Positions 41,763 to 54,535 of a DNA stretch of 64,000 bases are shown here, piece after piece; the stretch's first letter is position 1; each line of letters begins with the position of its first letter. Under the pieces are notes generated by a model. It saw only the letters and a list, made by a program, of their open reading frames with translations, had not been told where the DNA came from and searched no databases. Both the position numbers and the translations under genes were made by a program. Source of the DNA: the human T2T-CHM13v2.0 reference genome, Homo sapiens; the NCBI RefSeq assembly GCF_009914755.1, contig NC_060928.1; one strand, 5' to 3'.

Positions 41763-42217
41763 TGTCAGGCCTCCGAGCCCAAGCCAAGCCATCGCATCCC
41801 CTGTGACTTGCACGTATATACGCCCAGATGGCCTGAAGTAACTGAAGAATCACAAAAGAAGTGAATATGCCCTGCCCCACCTTAACTGATGACATTCCAC
41901 CACAAAAGAAGTGTAAATGGCCGGTCCTTGCCTTAACTGATGACATTACCTTGTGAAAGTCCTTTTCCTGGCTCATCCTGGCTCAAAAAGCACCCCCACT
42001 GAGCACCTTGCGACCCCCACTCCTGCCCGCCAGAGAACAACCCCCCTTTGACTGTAATTTTCCTTTACCTACCCAAATCCTATAAAATGGCCCCATCCTT
42101 ATCTCCCTTCGCTGACTCTCTCTTCGGACTCAGCCCGCCTGCACCCAGGTGAAATAAACAGCCATGTTGCTCACACAAAGCCTGTTTGGTGGTCTCTTCA
42201 CATGGACGCGCATGAAA
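41763..42217 (+). promoter_or_regulatory. 5' LTR7 (promoter/enhancer)
   Basis: TGTCAGGCCTC...CGCATGAAA; TATA box cctataaaa (~42080); two CACAAAAGAAGTG blocks. Confidence 0.95.
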
Positions 42218-42219
42218 TT

Positions 42220-42237
42220 TGGTGCTGTGACTCGGAT
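42220..42237 (+). other. Primer-binding site complementary to tRNA-His
   Basis: TGGTGCTGTGACTCGGAT, one mismatch to TGGTGCCGTGACTCGGAT. Confidence 0.9.
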
Positions 42238-42894
42238 GGGGGACCTCCCTTGGGAGATCAATCCCCTGTACTCCTGTTCTTTGCTCCGTGAGAAAGATCC
42301 ACCTATGACCTTAGGTCTTCAGACCGACCAGCCCAAGAAACATCTCACCAATTTCAAATCTGGTAAGCGGCCTCTTTTTACCCTCTTCTCCAACCTCCCT
42401 CACTATCCCTCAACCTCTTTCTCCTTTCAATCTTGGCGCCACACTTCAATCTCTCCCTTCTCTTAATTTCAATTCCTTTCATTTTCTGATAGAGACAAAG
42501 GAGACATGTTTTATCCATGGACCCAAAACTCCGGCGCCGGTCACGGACTGGGAAGACAGCCTTCCCTTGGTGTTTAATCATTGCAGGGACGCCTCTCTAT
42601 TCACCCACGTTTCAAAGGTGTCAGACCACGCATGGACGCCTGCCTTGGTCCTTCACCCTTAGCGGCAAGTCCCGCTTTTCTGGGGAAGGGGCAAGTACCC
42701 CAACTCCTTCTCTCCTTGTCTCTACCCCTTCTCTGCTTTCCGAGGAAAGGGCGAGTATCCCAACCCCTTCTCTCCTTGTCTCTACTCCTTCTCTGCTTTT
42801 CTGGGAGAGGGGCAAGTACCCCTCAACCCCTTCTCCTTCACTCTTAGTGGCAAGTCCCGCTTTTCTAGAGGAGGGACAAGTGCCCCAACCTCGT

Positions 42895-43190
42895 ATCTCT
42901 GTGCCCCAATCCCTTATTTCCGTGCCCCAACCTCTTATATCTCTGCACCCCAATCCCTTATTTCAGTGTCCCAACCCCTTATTTCCGTGCCCCGACCCCT
43001 TATTTCTGTGCCCCTACCCCTTATTTCCGTGCCCCTACCCCCTATTTCTGTGCCCCTACCCCTTATTTCCGTGCCCCTTCCCCTTATTTCCATGCCCTGA
43101 CCCCTTATTTCTGCGCCCCATCCCTTATTTCTGCATCCCAACCTCTTATCTCTGTGCCCCGACCTCTTATCTCTGCGCCCCAACCCCTTT
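42895..43190 (+). repeat. ~21-bp VNTR in the HERV-H leader (CCCCTTATTTCYGTGCCCCKA-like)
   Basis: Repeated unit; gives the PLFPCPY/GTEIRGR periodic spurious ORFs. Confidence 0.92.
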
Positions 43191-43259
43191 TCCCACTTTT
43201 CTGGAAGGTAAGAACCCCCGAACCCCTTCCCTCTGTTTTTCTCTCTTTTCTCTAGGCTT

Positions 43260-44400
43260 GCTTCCTTCACTATAGGCAACCTTCCACCCTCCATTCCTCC
43301 TTCTGCTCCCTTGGCCTGTGTTCTCAAAAACTTAAAACCTCTTCAACTCACACCTGACCTAAAACCTAAATGCCTTATTTTCTTCTGCAATGCCGCTTGA
43401 CCCCAATACAAACTCGACAGTAGTTCCAAATAGCCAGAAAATGGCACTTTGAATTTTTCTATCCTGCAAGATCTAAATAATTCTTGTCATAAAATAGGCA
43501 AACGGTCTGAGGTGCCTGACGTCCAGGCATTCTTTTACACATCAGCCCCTTCCTAGTCTCTGTGCCCAGTGCAACTTGTCCCAAATCTTCCTTCTTTCCC
43601 TCCCGCCTGTCCCCTCAGTACCAACCCCAAGCATCACTGAGTCTCTCTAATCTTCCTTTTCTACAGACCCATCTGACCTCTCCCTTCCTCCCCAGGCTGC
43701 TCCTCGCCAGGCCGAGCTAGGTCCCAATTCTTCCTCAGCCTCCGCTCCTCCACCCTATAATCTTTTTATCACCTCCCCTCCTCACACCTGGTCCGGCTTA
43801 CAGTTTCCTTCCGTGACTAGCCCTCCCCCACCTGCCCAGCAATTTACTCTTAAAAAGGTGGCTGGAGCCAAAGGCATAGTCAAGGTTAATGTTCCTTTTC
43901 TTTATCCCAAATCAGAAGCATTTAGGCTCTTTTTCATCAAATATAAAAATCCAGCCCAGTTCATGGCTCCTTTGGCAGCAACCCTGAGACGCTTTACAGC
44001 CCTAGACCCTAAAAGGTCAAAAGGCCGTCTTATTCTCACTATACATTTTATTACCCAATCTGCTCCTGACATTAAATAAAACTCCAAAAATTGGAATCTG
44101 GCCCTCAAACCCCACAACAGGACTTAATTAACCTCAACCTTCAAGGTGTACAATAACAGAAAAAAGTTGCAATTCCTTGCCTTCACTGTGAGACAAACCC
44201 CAGCCACATCTCCAGCACACAAGAACTTCCAAACACCTGAACCACAGCGGCCAGGCATTCCTCCAGAACCTCCTCCCACAGGAGCTTGCTGCATGTGCCA
44301 AAAATCTGGCCACTGGGCCAAGGAATGCCCACAGCCCGGGATTCCTCCTAAGCTGCGTCCCATCTGTGTAAGACCCCACTGAAAATCGGACGGTTCAACT
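43260..44400 (+). pseudogene. gag: HERV-H gag remnant (with CCHC zinc knuckle)
   Basis: C-CM-C-QKSG-H-WAKE-C at ~44288-44330; many stops and deletions. Confidence 0.8.
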
Positions 44401-44539
44401 CACCTGGCAGCCACTCCCAGAGCCCCTGGAACTCTGGCCCAAGGCTCTCTGACTGACTCCTTCCCAGATCTTCTCGGCTTAGCGGCTGAAGATTGACACT
44501 GCCCGATCGCCTCGGAAGCCCCCTAGACCATCACGGACG

Positions 44540-44870
44540 CTGAGCTTCGGGTAATTCTCACAGTGGAAGGTAAGCCTGTCCCCTTCTTAATCAATACAGA
44601 GGCTACCCACTCCACATTACCTTCTTTTCAAGGGCCTGTTTCCCTTGCCTCCATAACTGTTGTGGGTATTGACAGCCAGGCTTCTAAACCTCTTAAAACT
44701 CCCCGACTCTGGTGCCAACTTAGACAATACTCTTTTAAGCACTCCTTTTTAGTTATCCCCACCTGCCCAGTTCCCTTATTAGGCTGAGACACTTTAACTA
44801 AATTATCTGCTTCCCTGACTATTCCTGGACTACAGCTATATCTCATTGCCACCCTTCTTCCCAATCCAAA
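44540..44870 (+). pseudogene. pro: HERV-H protease remnant
   Basis: FLINTEATHSTL (catalytic DTG replaced by NTE) ... CPVPLLG*. Confidence 0.8.
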
Positions 44871-44939
44871 GCCTCCTTTGCATCCTCCTCTTGTATCCCC
44901 CCACCTTAACCCACAAGTATAAGATACCTCTACTCCCTC

Positions 44940-46740
44940 CTTGGCGACCGATCATGCACCCCTTACCATCTCATTAAAACCTAATCACCCTTACCCCACT
45001 CAACGCCAATATCCCATCCCGCAGCATGCTTTAAAAAGATTAAAGCCTCTTATCACTCGCCTGCTACAGCATGGCCTTTTAAAGCCTATAAACTCTCCTT
45101 ACAATTCCCCGATTTTACCTGTCCTAAAACCAGATAAGCCTTACAAGTTAGTTCAGGATCTGCGCCTTAGCAACCAAATTGTTTTGCCTATCCACCCTGT
45201 GGTGCCCAACCCGTACACTCTTTTGTCCTCAATACCTTCCTCCACAACTCACTATTCCGTGCTTGATCTTAAAGATGCTTTTTTCACTATTCCCCTGCAC
45301 CCCTTGTCCCAGCCTCTCTTTGCTTTCACTTAGACTGACCCTGACACCCATCGAGCTCAGCAAATTACCTAGGCTATTCGGCCGCAAAGCTTCACAGACA
45401 GCCCCCATTACTTCAATCAAGCCCAAATTTCTTCCTCATCTGTTACCTATCTTGGCATAATTCTCAAAAAAACACACGTGCTCTCCCTGCCAATTGTGTC
45501 CAACTGATCTCTCAAACCCCAGCACCTTCTACAAAACAACAACTCCTTTCTTTCCTAGGCATGGTTAGCGCGGTCAGAATTCTTACACAAGAGCCAGGAC
45601 CACACCCTGTAGCCTTTCTGTCCAAACTTGACCTTACTGTTTTAGCCTAGACCTCAGGTCTGTGTGCAGCGGCTGCCGCTGCTTTAATACTTTTAGAGGC
45701 CCTCAAAATCACAAACTATGCTCAACTCACTCTCTATAGTTCTCATAACTTCCAAAATCTATTTTCTTCCTCATACCTGATGCATATACTTTCTGCTCCG
45801 CAGCTCCTTCAGCTGTACTCACTCTTTGTTGAGTCTCCCACAATTACTGTTGTTCCTGGCCCAGACTTCAATCCGGCCTCCCACATTATTCCTGATACCA
45901 CACCTGACCCCCATGACTGTATCTCTCTGATCCACCTGACATTCACCCCATTTCCCCAAGTTTCCTTCTTTCCTGTTCCTCACCCTGATCACGCTTGATT
46001 TATTGATGGTGGTTCCACCAGGCCGAATCGCCACACACCAGAAAAGGCAGGTTATACTATAGTACTAGCCACTAGCCCGTCTCTTAGAACCTCTCATTTC
46101 CTTTCCATCGTGGAAATCTATCCTCAAAGAAATAACTTATCAGTGTTCCATCTGCTATTCTACTACTCCTCAGGGATTATTCAGGCCCCCTCCCTTCCCT
46201 ACACATCAAGCTCAAGGATTTGCCCCCACCCAGGACTGGCAAATTAGCTTTACTCAACATGCCCTGAGTCAGATAACTAAAATACCTCTTAGTCTAGATA
46301 GATACTTTCACTGGATAGGTAGAGGCCTTTCCTACAGGGTCTGAGAAGGCCACTGCAGTCATTTCTTCCATTCTGTCAGACATAATTCCTCAGTTTAGCC
46401 TTCCCACCTCAATACAGTCTGATAACAGACGAGCCTTTATTAGTCAAATCAGCTAAGCAGTTTTTCAGGCTCTTAGTATTCAGTGAAACCTTTATATCCC
46501 TTACGGTCCTCCATCTTCAAGAAAAGTAGAATGGACTAAAGGTCTTTTAAAAACACACCTCACCAAGCTCAGCCACCAACTTAAAAAGGACTGGACAATA
46601 CCTTTACCACTTTCCCTTCTCAGAATTCAGGCCTGTCCTCAGAATGCTACAAGGTACAGCCCATTTAAGCTCCTGTATGGACGCTCCTTTTTATTAGGCC
46701 CCAGTCTCATTCCAGACACCAGACCAACTTAGACTGCACC
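44940..46740 (+). pseudogene. pol: HERV-H pol remnant (RT N-terminus, partial RNase H, integrase core)
   Basis: QYPIP...SPYNSPILPV.K...LVQDLR...NPYTLL...LDLKDAFF; downstream integrase-like pieces with stops. Confidence 0.85.
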
Positions 46741-47319
46741 CCAAAAAACTTGTCATCCCTACTATCTTCTGTCTAGTCATACTCCTATTCACCGTTCTCA
46801 ACTACTCATACATGCCCTGCTCTTGTTTACACTGCCGGTTTACACTGTTTCTCCAAGCCATCACAGCTAATATCTCCTGGTGCTATCCCCAAACTGCCAC
46901 TCTTAACTCTTGAAGTAAATAAATAATCTTTGCTGGCAGGAATATGCTGAATCTCCTTAGGCACTCTCTAATCAGATATCCTGAGTCGTCCCAATTCTTA
47001 GACCTTTTATACCTGTTTTTCTCCTTCTGTTATTCCATTTAGTTTCTCAATTCATCCCAAACCGTATCTAGGCCATCACCAATCATTCTATAAGACAAAT
47101 GTTTCTTCTAACATCCCCACAATATCACCCCTTACCACAAGACCTCCCTTCAGCTTAATCTCTCCCACTCTAGGTTCCCATGCCGCCCCTAATCCCGCTT
47201 GAAGCAGCCCTGAGAAACATCTCCCATTCTCTCTCCATACCACCCCCCAAAATTTTCGCCGCCCCAACACTTCAACACTATTTTGTTCTATTTTTCTTAT
47301 TAATATAAGAAGGCAGGAA

Positions 47320-47767
47320 TGTCAGGCCTCTGAGCCCAAGCCAAGCCATCCCCTGTGACTGGCACGTATATGTCCAGATGGCCTGAAGTAACTGAAGAAT
47401 CACAAAAGAAGTGAATATGCCCTGCCCCACCTTAACTGATGACATTCCACCACAAAAGAAGTGTAAATGGCCGGTCCTTGCCTTAACTGATGACATTACC
47501 TTGTGAAAGTCCTTTTCCTGGTTCATCCTGGCTCAAAAAGCACCCCCACTGAGCACCTTGCGACCCCCACTCCTGCCCGCCAGAGAACAAACCCCCTTTG
47601 ACTGTAATTTTCCTTTACCTACCCAAATCCTATAAAATGGCCCCACCCTTATCTCCCTTCGCTGACTCTCTTTTTGGACTCAGCCCGCCTGCACCCAGAT
47701 GAAATAAACAGCCATGTTGCTCACACAAAGCCTGTTTGGTGGTCCCTTCACACGGACGCGCATGAAA
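47320..47767 (+). promoter_or_regulatory. 3' LTR7
   Basis: Direct repeat of the 5' LTR, with about a dozen substitutions and two small indels by eye. Confidence 0.95.
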
Positions 47768-50700
47768 AGTAATAGCATAGAAAAGTGGGGATTTACCTTC
47801 TTTAGAAAGTTTTAAATTTATCCTTTGTGGGGCACAGTATAATATAAAATGTTTAAATTGGGCAATTATCTAGATTATTTAATATGCAATTATTTTTCAA
47901 ATTAGGAGTAGCATAAAGCACGGTTTAATCTTGGCCTAATCTTGACATCACAAAGCAGAAAATATAGCATGTTGATTATTTTTAGGTATCCAATTATACA
48001 AGCTTTTTGGGAAAGGTGGGGAACTGGACAAAACTTGCTAATAGTTGAAAGAGTAAGTACTAAATAGTCTTATTCACAAAGAAGCCATAGTATCTAGAAA
48101 TGACATATAAAATAAGGAGTATTGTACATTTGTATTAGGTATTACTTAATTAAATACTGGGCAATAATCAAATGTTTCACTGCTGGCGCTTTTATGTTTT
48201 GTGATATTGGACACTAAGATCAAGATGGCCGAGATTTAACCTCATTCTTTTTAATCAAGAATTTTTGGAGATCCTTCCCTTACATTCTCAGCTATCGTTA
48301 GCCTTCTGAAAAAAGATTGAAAATAGAGTAAATTTGTAATTTACACCATATACCTTCGTTTTCTATACTTTTTCTCATTTTTTGGTCCTTCCTAGATTCC
48401 CTAATCCCACTGTGGACAATCCAAATTATTTCAGAACTCCCATGGAGCTCTGCTCTTTGCTGCAGAACTAATAGGGTGACGTTTATTAAGATACTGATAA
48501 TCACGTATTACCTCCCAAATGGATTTGTAACTTAATGTTTGTGAAAATAATTCACAATATAGTTTCTCTTTTTCTGTTTTAGGAAATTATAACTCTCTTT
48601 TGACAATTTTATATTCCAGCATTTTGTTTTACTTGTCCAAGATGCTGTTTTCTTCTTTGAAAGGATTAAAAGCCAGCAAATTAATGCTGGCATTGAGGCC
48701 CAAGGCCAAAATGAAATCAGTGTTTTCATAGTACCAATAATATTATGGACAAATAAAGTATGAAACAGAAATGGAAAATGCAATCACCATTCACTACAGA
48801 TCTTGAGAGTACTGGCTCATTTGGCAACGTGGAAAGAAGTGTAGAAAGGCAGTGCTCGGCGAAAGTCAGTGCCCAGTGCTTTCTGAACAAAAGGTGGCTT
48901 TTTGCATTACATACTCCATCCCCCAAAGACTTACAGGCTGCTTTTATGTAACTGAGTGTGTGTGCATATATATTCCACTCAATAAAGATATCATAGTAAT
49001 TAATCCCCACCATCGATGAAAATTCGTTTTCTGACACAGGTAGCCTATGAGTGTTTTCCCTCTGTAATAAAATAAGATATCCATTTTATGTACCATTCCC
49101 CTGTTTTTGGAAACCTTTAATTTTAATTACAACAGTACATACAGACTGATTAATGATTACACAATCTTACTCCCAGCTGTGGTAAAGGCCACTATCAGCC
49201 AGTCTAATTGCCTTTGACTCACTCTAGATTACACTGTTGGGTCCTTTTACAGTTTATCAGTCCCTAGGATCTTTCTTTAAAATTAACAACTAAATTACCT
49301 TTCTCGAGGAGATACTGTGCTTGAATACCCTGAGGGGAAAACTATCATTTACTAAGTACAGTATTTCCATATGGCAAGAATCTCCTCTATGAGTTGCAAC
49401 TGACAAATCGATGGAATCTCAGCTTTTCTTTACTTCCTTTTTTTCTATCTCCTTTTCACATTTCAGAGAATTCTGTATATCTTCCCAACTCAAAAACTCA
49501 CAGATGCTTGCAAAGCATATTTTTTGCCTGTTGTATTTTGCAATTGTGGATAAGATAGTCTAAAATTCTTTTCACACAAATGCAAACATATTTAAAAGAT
49601 TTTTCACAAAAATGCCATTATCCCCAAATACACCACATCAATATTTCCATTTTTTGGAGGCTGAATACATATATTATATTCCAGTATGTCCCTGTGAATA
49701 AATAAAGGCTAAGTCATGTTTTTAAAACACATTAAATTAGTCAAATTAATGTATTACCACTCACTGAAATTTTATATATGCTCTTCTACCTCTTCCATTT
49801 TAAAGTATACAGACATTACTAATCCATGTAAAATCTCTACATTCTTAGAAATGTGCACATATTTATTAATATATTTTTACCAAACATTGAGCAAGCCTTT
49901 AAAAGTAATATATTTTAAGTAACATTCTTAGAACAAAAAGTAAAAATAACCTAAAACAAATAACAAAATATAAGATATAGTCCTTTACCACAACAACTTT
50001 ATTGTTCTGGACAATATATAAACATACTAATATATTCCTAGTGGTACAAAGCAGCATGTAAGCCATTGCCTACTGGGGTAGGGTGCTCATGTGTTCTATG
50101 GGAACAATTAATTTGAGCTGGAATGCTCAGGGAAAACATAGTGAAAAGAGCCCAAATAGCTTACCCTGTGTGTGGATATATAGAGACCAAGCGGACTGGA
50201 GGATTATAGTTAGAAAATAGAGTAAGTCTTGTTTAGGGAAGAGTAAAGTGTCTGACCTTTACTAAAGCAAAAGATCTACACTGGGAAATAGCAAAGTTAA
50301 AATTAGATCAAAAGAGCAGTTTGCATTGTGGAGGATCTTAAAAAGGACATTTTACTGGAAAAAAAAAAAAAGCAGAGATCCATTAGAGGTTTTGAGTTGG
50401 TAAATGAAATGGTAAAATCTGTGATTTAAGAAATAAATTTAGAGCAATATTTATTCATGTATGTTCTCAGGAATAGTAATTAATGGGGTTACTACAAAAG
50501 TGTCTGCAAGGTCAAATACATGTGAAAATAGAAAATACTGCGAGTTTTCTCTACGACTTTAAGATGTTAATAGATATTTTGACTCTCCTAAACAAAAACA
50601 CAGGATTTTGCCAATGTGACCAGGGAACCCTTTCTAGGAAAACCATGCATGGATCAAGGATCCCATATGTAGTGGCACCAATCTAACTCTATAAACTGAG

Positions 50701-51346
50701 ATATGTAAGAAATGTACTGTTCCACATTTTAAGTAGCTCATTTAATTTCTACTTTGATCCTTTCTTCTCAGATTGTAGAACCTCAAGATTTCTTCTTTTT
50801 CCCCATGAGGGTGTGTTCTGGAGTCTAATTGTGCCAAGGAATTAGAGAGTTGTAGAATAGTAGAGTGGCACTTATCTGGTCCTCTCTGTCATCTACATAA
50901 GTTGGCATCTGTGAGATGGTCTAACCACTATCCGGTCCCGAACAATTGGTCTGTACAACTGTTGCTGAGACATGTCTCATTCAAATCCACTGGTTCTCTT
51001 TACTTCCATACTATTCTTGGGCTGATGGAATAATTGTCCTGATTTGTTCTATGATGAGGTACAAGAAACTGTATGAATGTGCAGAGCTCCAAACTCACAA
51101 GCCACAAGAGCTCTTTTCTTCTCATATTTCTGCTATAACTTCTCTTCTTTGAGCTAAGGGCCCAATTACCATAAAGGAAGATGGATGGGAGCAAGAAATA
51201 CCTGAGAAAAAAGTTTGTTATTATTTTAAAGATATTTCCTTCCACTCGGAATACTCTTTAGGAAATGCTAAAGAATGGAGGGTTATAAACTGATCAGTAA
51301 AAGGATGTGTGTAGTAGTGATGCTGCCTTGAGTTGTGATTATTATA

Positions 51347-51815
51347 TGTGGCAGATTACACTAATAGCTCTCAATAGCAATGAATTACACTTTGTTTTAT
51401 AGCTTTGTATTTTGTCTTTACATCCCTTGTGCCATCTCCTGCATTGACTCTAAGCTTGACCATGTGACTCTGGACATTGATCAACGTGACATTAGCAAAT
51501 GTGAGGCAAACAGAGGCTTGAACAGCATTTACCCTTTCTTGCTGCTGTATACACTTCTTCCTCCAAACAAATAAGGCTGAGATGGCTTATTAAAGACATG
51601 AGGACCAAATGAGAGCAAACACTAACCAATAGACACATAAGTTAGCCTCAGTGGAGCTGCGAGCTGACTGACGATGCATGAGGACCCAGGTAAGACCAGA
51701 AGAAGAACTGCACAGCTGAGCCTCCACCAAAACTCTAATGTGAGTTATGAACAAATAAAATGGTTGCCTAGGATATCGAGTTGCAGAGTAATTTTTATTG
51801 CATCAGTAAATATAT
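51347..51815 (+). mobile_element. MLT1-family solo LTR
   Basis: tgtggcagatt...gaccatgtgact...cagaagaagaactgcacagctgagcc...aataaaatggttg. Confidence 0.7.
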
Positions 51816-51879
51816 ACACAATACAATACAATAAAATGTAGTACAACAGACTCCTGGTTTAAAAATGCCATGATAGATT

Positions 51880-53400
51880 CAAGCTGGCTTCACTCTCAGG
51901 AACCAAATGTGAGAATGCATTAGTTCTCAGAGCCACAAAGAAGTGAAAAACATCTGAGCAAATGGTAAGAATATTGGATTTTCATGTTTGTGATGACCCT
52001 CCCCAACCCCTAATCTATCTGGCACCAAAATGCAGAAAATTTCCCATGAATCATGGTTTCTACACTGAAAAACATGAGATTGAGGTGGACACCAGCTTCC
52101 TCATCATCTTGGGTTCCCTGGCAGGAGGCCAGTCTCTGCCTCACCCCACGGGAAGCATTAGGGTGCCTGAGGAAAGAAATATCCCTGAGGACAGTTGCAG
52201 ACAAAGGGAGGAAGTGGGACTACTATCCCCAGCCCTAGAAACTCTGCTTTGTGACTCCACCAAAGCAGACGTTAAATCAGAGTCGTGGTTCAGCAGCACC
52301 ACATTATAGGATGTATGTTGCACAGGGACCCTGGATACGAACCCTTAGCCAGTCTTTCCACGCAGCCTTAATATTCCCTTTAGGACTTTCCATGTTCAGG
52401 ATAGGCAGTGCTCTGATTGCTTGCTAGAGCCAAGACAAACCTGGGCTTAAGGTGTCATCTAGTGCCAAAAAGAAGGCAACAATCTTGTGGGGAAAAAGAA
52501 ATTTAACAGTCAAATTACAAAGAATCTCTAAGCAAGCATACTGAATATAAGCCAAAACAAGACGGAGAAGATTAGAATACATAACCAATCCATCAATGCA
52601 AAGGCACAGACATACATCCACAAGAAACAGCAGCAAACAGGGAATCATGACCTCTCCAAATGAACAAAGCAAGGAACCAGTGACTGACCCTAATGAGATG
52701 GTGATATGTGAGCTTTCTGATCAAGAATGCAAAATAGCAATTTTAAGCAAACTCATTAATCTCTAAGATAGCACAGAAAAGCTACTTAAAACTTACCAAT
52801 AAATTTCACGAAGATATTGAAATGATTTTAAAAAAATCAAAGAGAAATCCTGAAACAGAGAAATACATTTATATTTGCTGAACTGAAAAATTCACTACAG
52901 GCTCTCAACAGTGGAATGAATCAAGCAAAGAAAAGAATCAGTGGGCTCAAAGACAGACGATTTGAAATTATGCAGTCAGAGGTGAAAAAAAACCAAAACA
53001 GAATACAAAGGAATGAAAATCATCTACAAGACAAAATTACCTCAAAAGACCAAATCTAAGAAATATTGCTGCCCAAGAAGTAGTGAAGCAAAAGTAAGGT
53101 GTAGAAAGCCTTAATCAAAGAAATAACAAAAAATTTCCCAAACTTGAGAAAGATCTGAGTATTAGGTACAGAAAAGTGAGAAAACACCAAACATATTTGA
53201 CCCACACAAGACAACCCCAAGACACACAATAATTAAACTCTCAAAAGTCAAGGACAAAGAGAGGATGTTAAAAGCAGCAAGAGAAAAGAAGCAAATAACA
53301 TAGAAAAGAGCTCCAATTTATCTGGCAACAGAGTGACAATGGAATCCATACAGGCCAGGAGGGAGTGAGAAGACATTTGCGAAGTGCTGAAAGAAAAAAA
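51880..53400 (+). mobile_element. Old L1 5'UTR/ORF1 fragment
   Basis: ORF1-like pieces (RPNLR, NFPNL, TTPRH.IIK, LKAAREK, QARRE). Confidence 0.8.
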
Positions 53401-53626
53401 CAATGGAGCTTGAGAACGAGATGACTAATAGCAATGACTTGGAAAAGTAAGAAATTCAACAGCCAAATTACAAAAAAATCTCTTTGCCAATATGAAAGAG
53501 AAAAATATCCCTGAACAGAGAAATATCAGGGTGTGGCACCCTGAATATCAGTTGTGAGCCCCAATGATGATGTATATTCCACCTATCTTGATTATATTTT
53601 AGGAATGTATCAAATCATCACATAAT

Positions 53627-54043
53627 GAGATAGTTTGAGTATTTGTTCACTCCAAATCTCTTTTTGATACCTGATCTGAAATGTGATAGGTGTGGCTAAG
53701 TGGGAGGTGTTTGGGTCATGGGGGTGGATCCCTCATGAATGGCTTGGTGCCCTCCCCAAAGTAATGAGTGAGGGCTTGCTCTATTAGTTCACAGGAAAAC
53801 TGATGGCTTAAAGTGTCTGGCATTTCCTCCCATCTCTCTTGCTTCCTCTCTTGCCATGTGACCCACCTGCTCTCCCTTCACTTTCTGCCATGTGTAAGAG
53901 CTTCCTAAGTCCCTCACCAGAAGCAAATGCTGATGCCATGCTTCTTGTAAAATCTGCACAACCTTAAGCCAAATAAAATTCTTTTATTTATAAATGACCA
54001 CACCTCAGGTATTGTTTTATAGCAACACCAAACAGACTAATAT
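53627..54043 (+). mobile_element. MST-family solo LTR (mirror of 12393-12790)
   Basis: tgagatagtttgagtatttg...gcaacaccaaacagactaata. Confidence 0.85.
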
Positions 54044-54426
54044 GCATATACACAATATGTGCATTTATTATTAATAATAATAAAGTAATACAACATGGAA
54101 GAAATGGGAAGATAGAAAATCATGTGGGAATATTTTCTCAAACATAGATGCATGGGATTAGGAAGAGGAAAGTTCAAATGGGAGGAGCTGGGATCTTGGA
54201 ATGTCCTCATTCAGTGAGCACAGTGAAGGAGGAGCAGGTGACCTTCTCAGCAGATGACCTGTGAGCCAACCTTATGAAGAATGAGCAGATGGAGTCCTGG
54301 GTCCTGCATCATTGTGCTTGGGGCTTGCCCTGGACTCCAGGACAGCCACTGCCTAAGCATCTCTCATGACTCCTGGCATCCCCACTCACTGTTTCTCATC
54401 AAAACCAACTGAATTTTTCAAGGTAC

Positions 54427-54535
54427 CTGAAGTATCACTGTTGTCACAAGTCATTGAGCTCTTCTCCAAGAGGGAAGTGATGTCTTCTCCAAATATGCTG
54501 AGGCAGTTTTCAATGAGAAATTGTACAATAGAAAC
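54427..54535 (-). pseudogene. ARHGAP20-like pseudogene copy B, last recognisable exon
   Basis: ttttgtgttacag|VSIVQFLIENCLSIFGEDITSLLEKSSMTCDNSDTS; possible donor CAG|GTACC, otherwise reads to a stop at 54386. Confidence 0.85.

Larger units (their letters stand above)
41763..47767 (+). mobile_element. HERV-H provirus, ~6.0 kb deleted form (LTR7-gag-pro-pol-remnant-LTR7), TSD AGTAA
   Basis: Two LTRs, tRNA-His PBS, PPT aagaaggcaggaa, and AGTAA at 41758-41762 and 47768-47772. Confidence 0.97.

Noticed and set aside
42895-43190. CRISPR-like array
   Set aside because: Tandem units without unique spacers, in a eukaryotic ERV context.
42517-43327. 252-aa (+) and 130-aa (-) ORFs with periodic sequence
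   Set aside because: Artefacts of the 21-bp and ~60-bp repeats in the HERV-H leader; no protein-family motifs.
48223-48234. CAAGATGGCCGA, identical to the L1 YY1 motif
   Set aside because: Isolated 12-mer with no other L1 5'UTR sequence; the mirror site in arm A differs. Likely chance.
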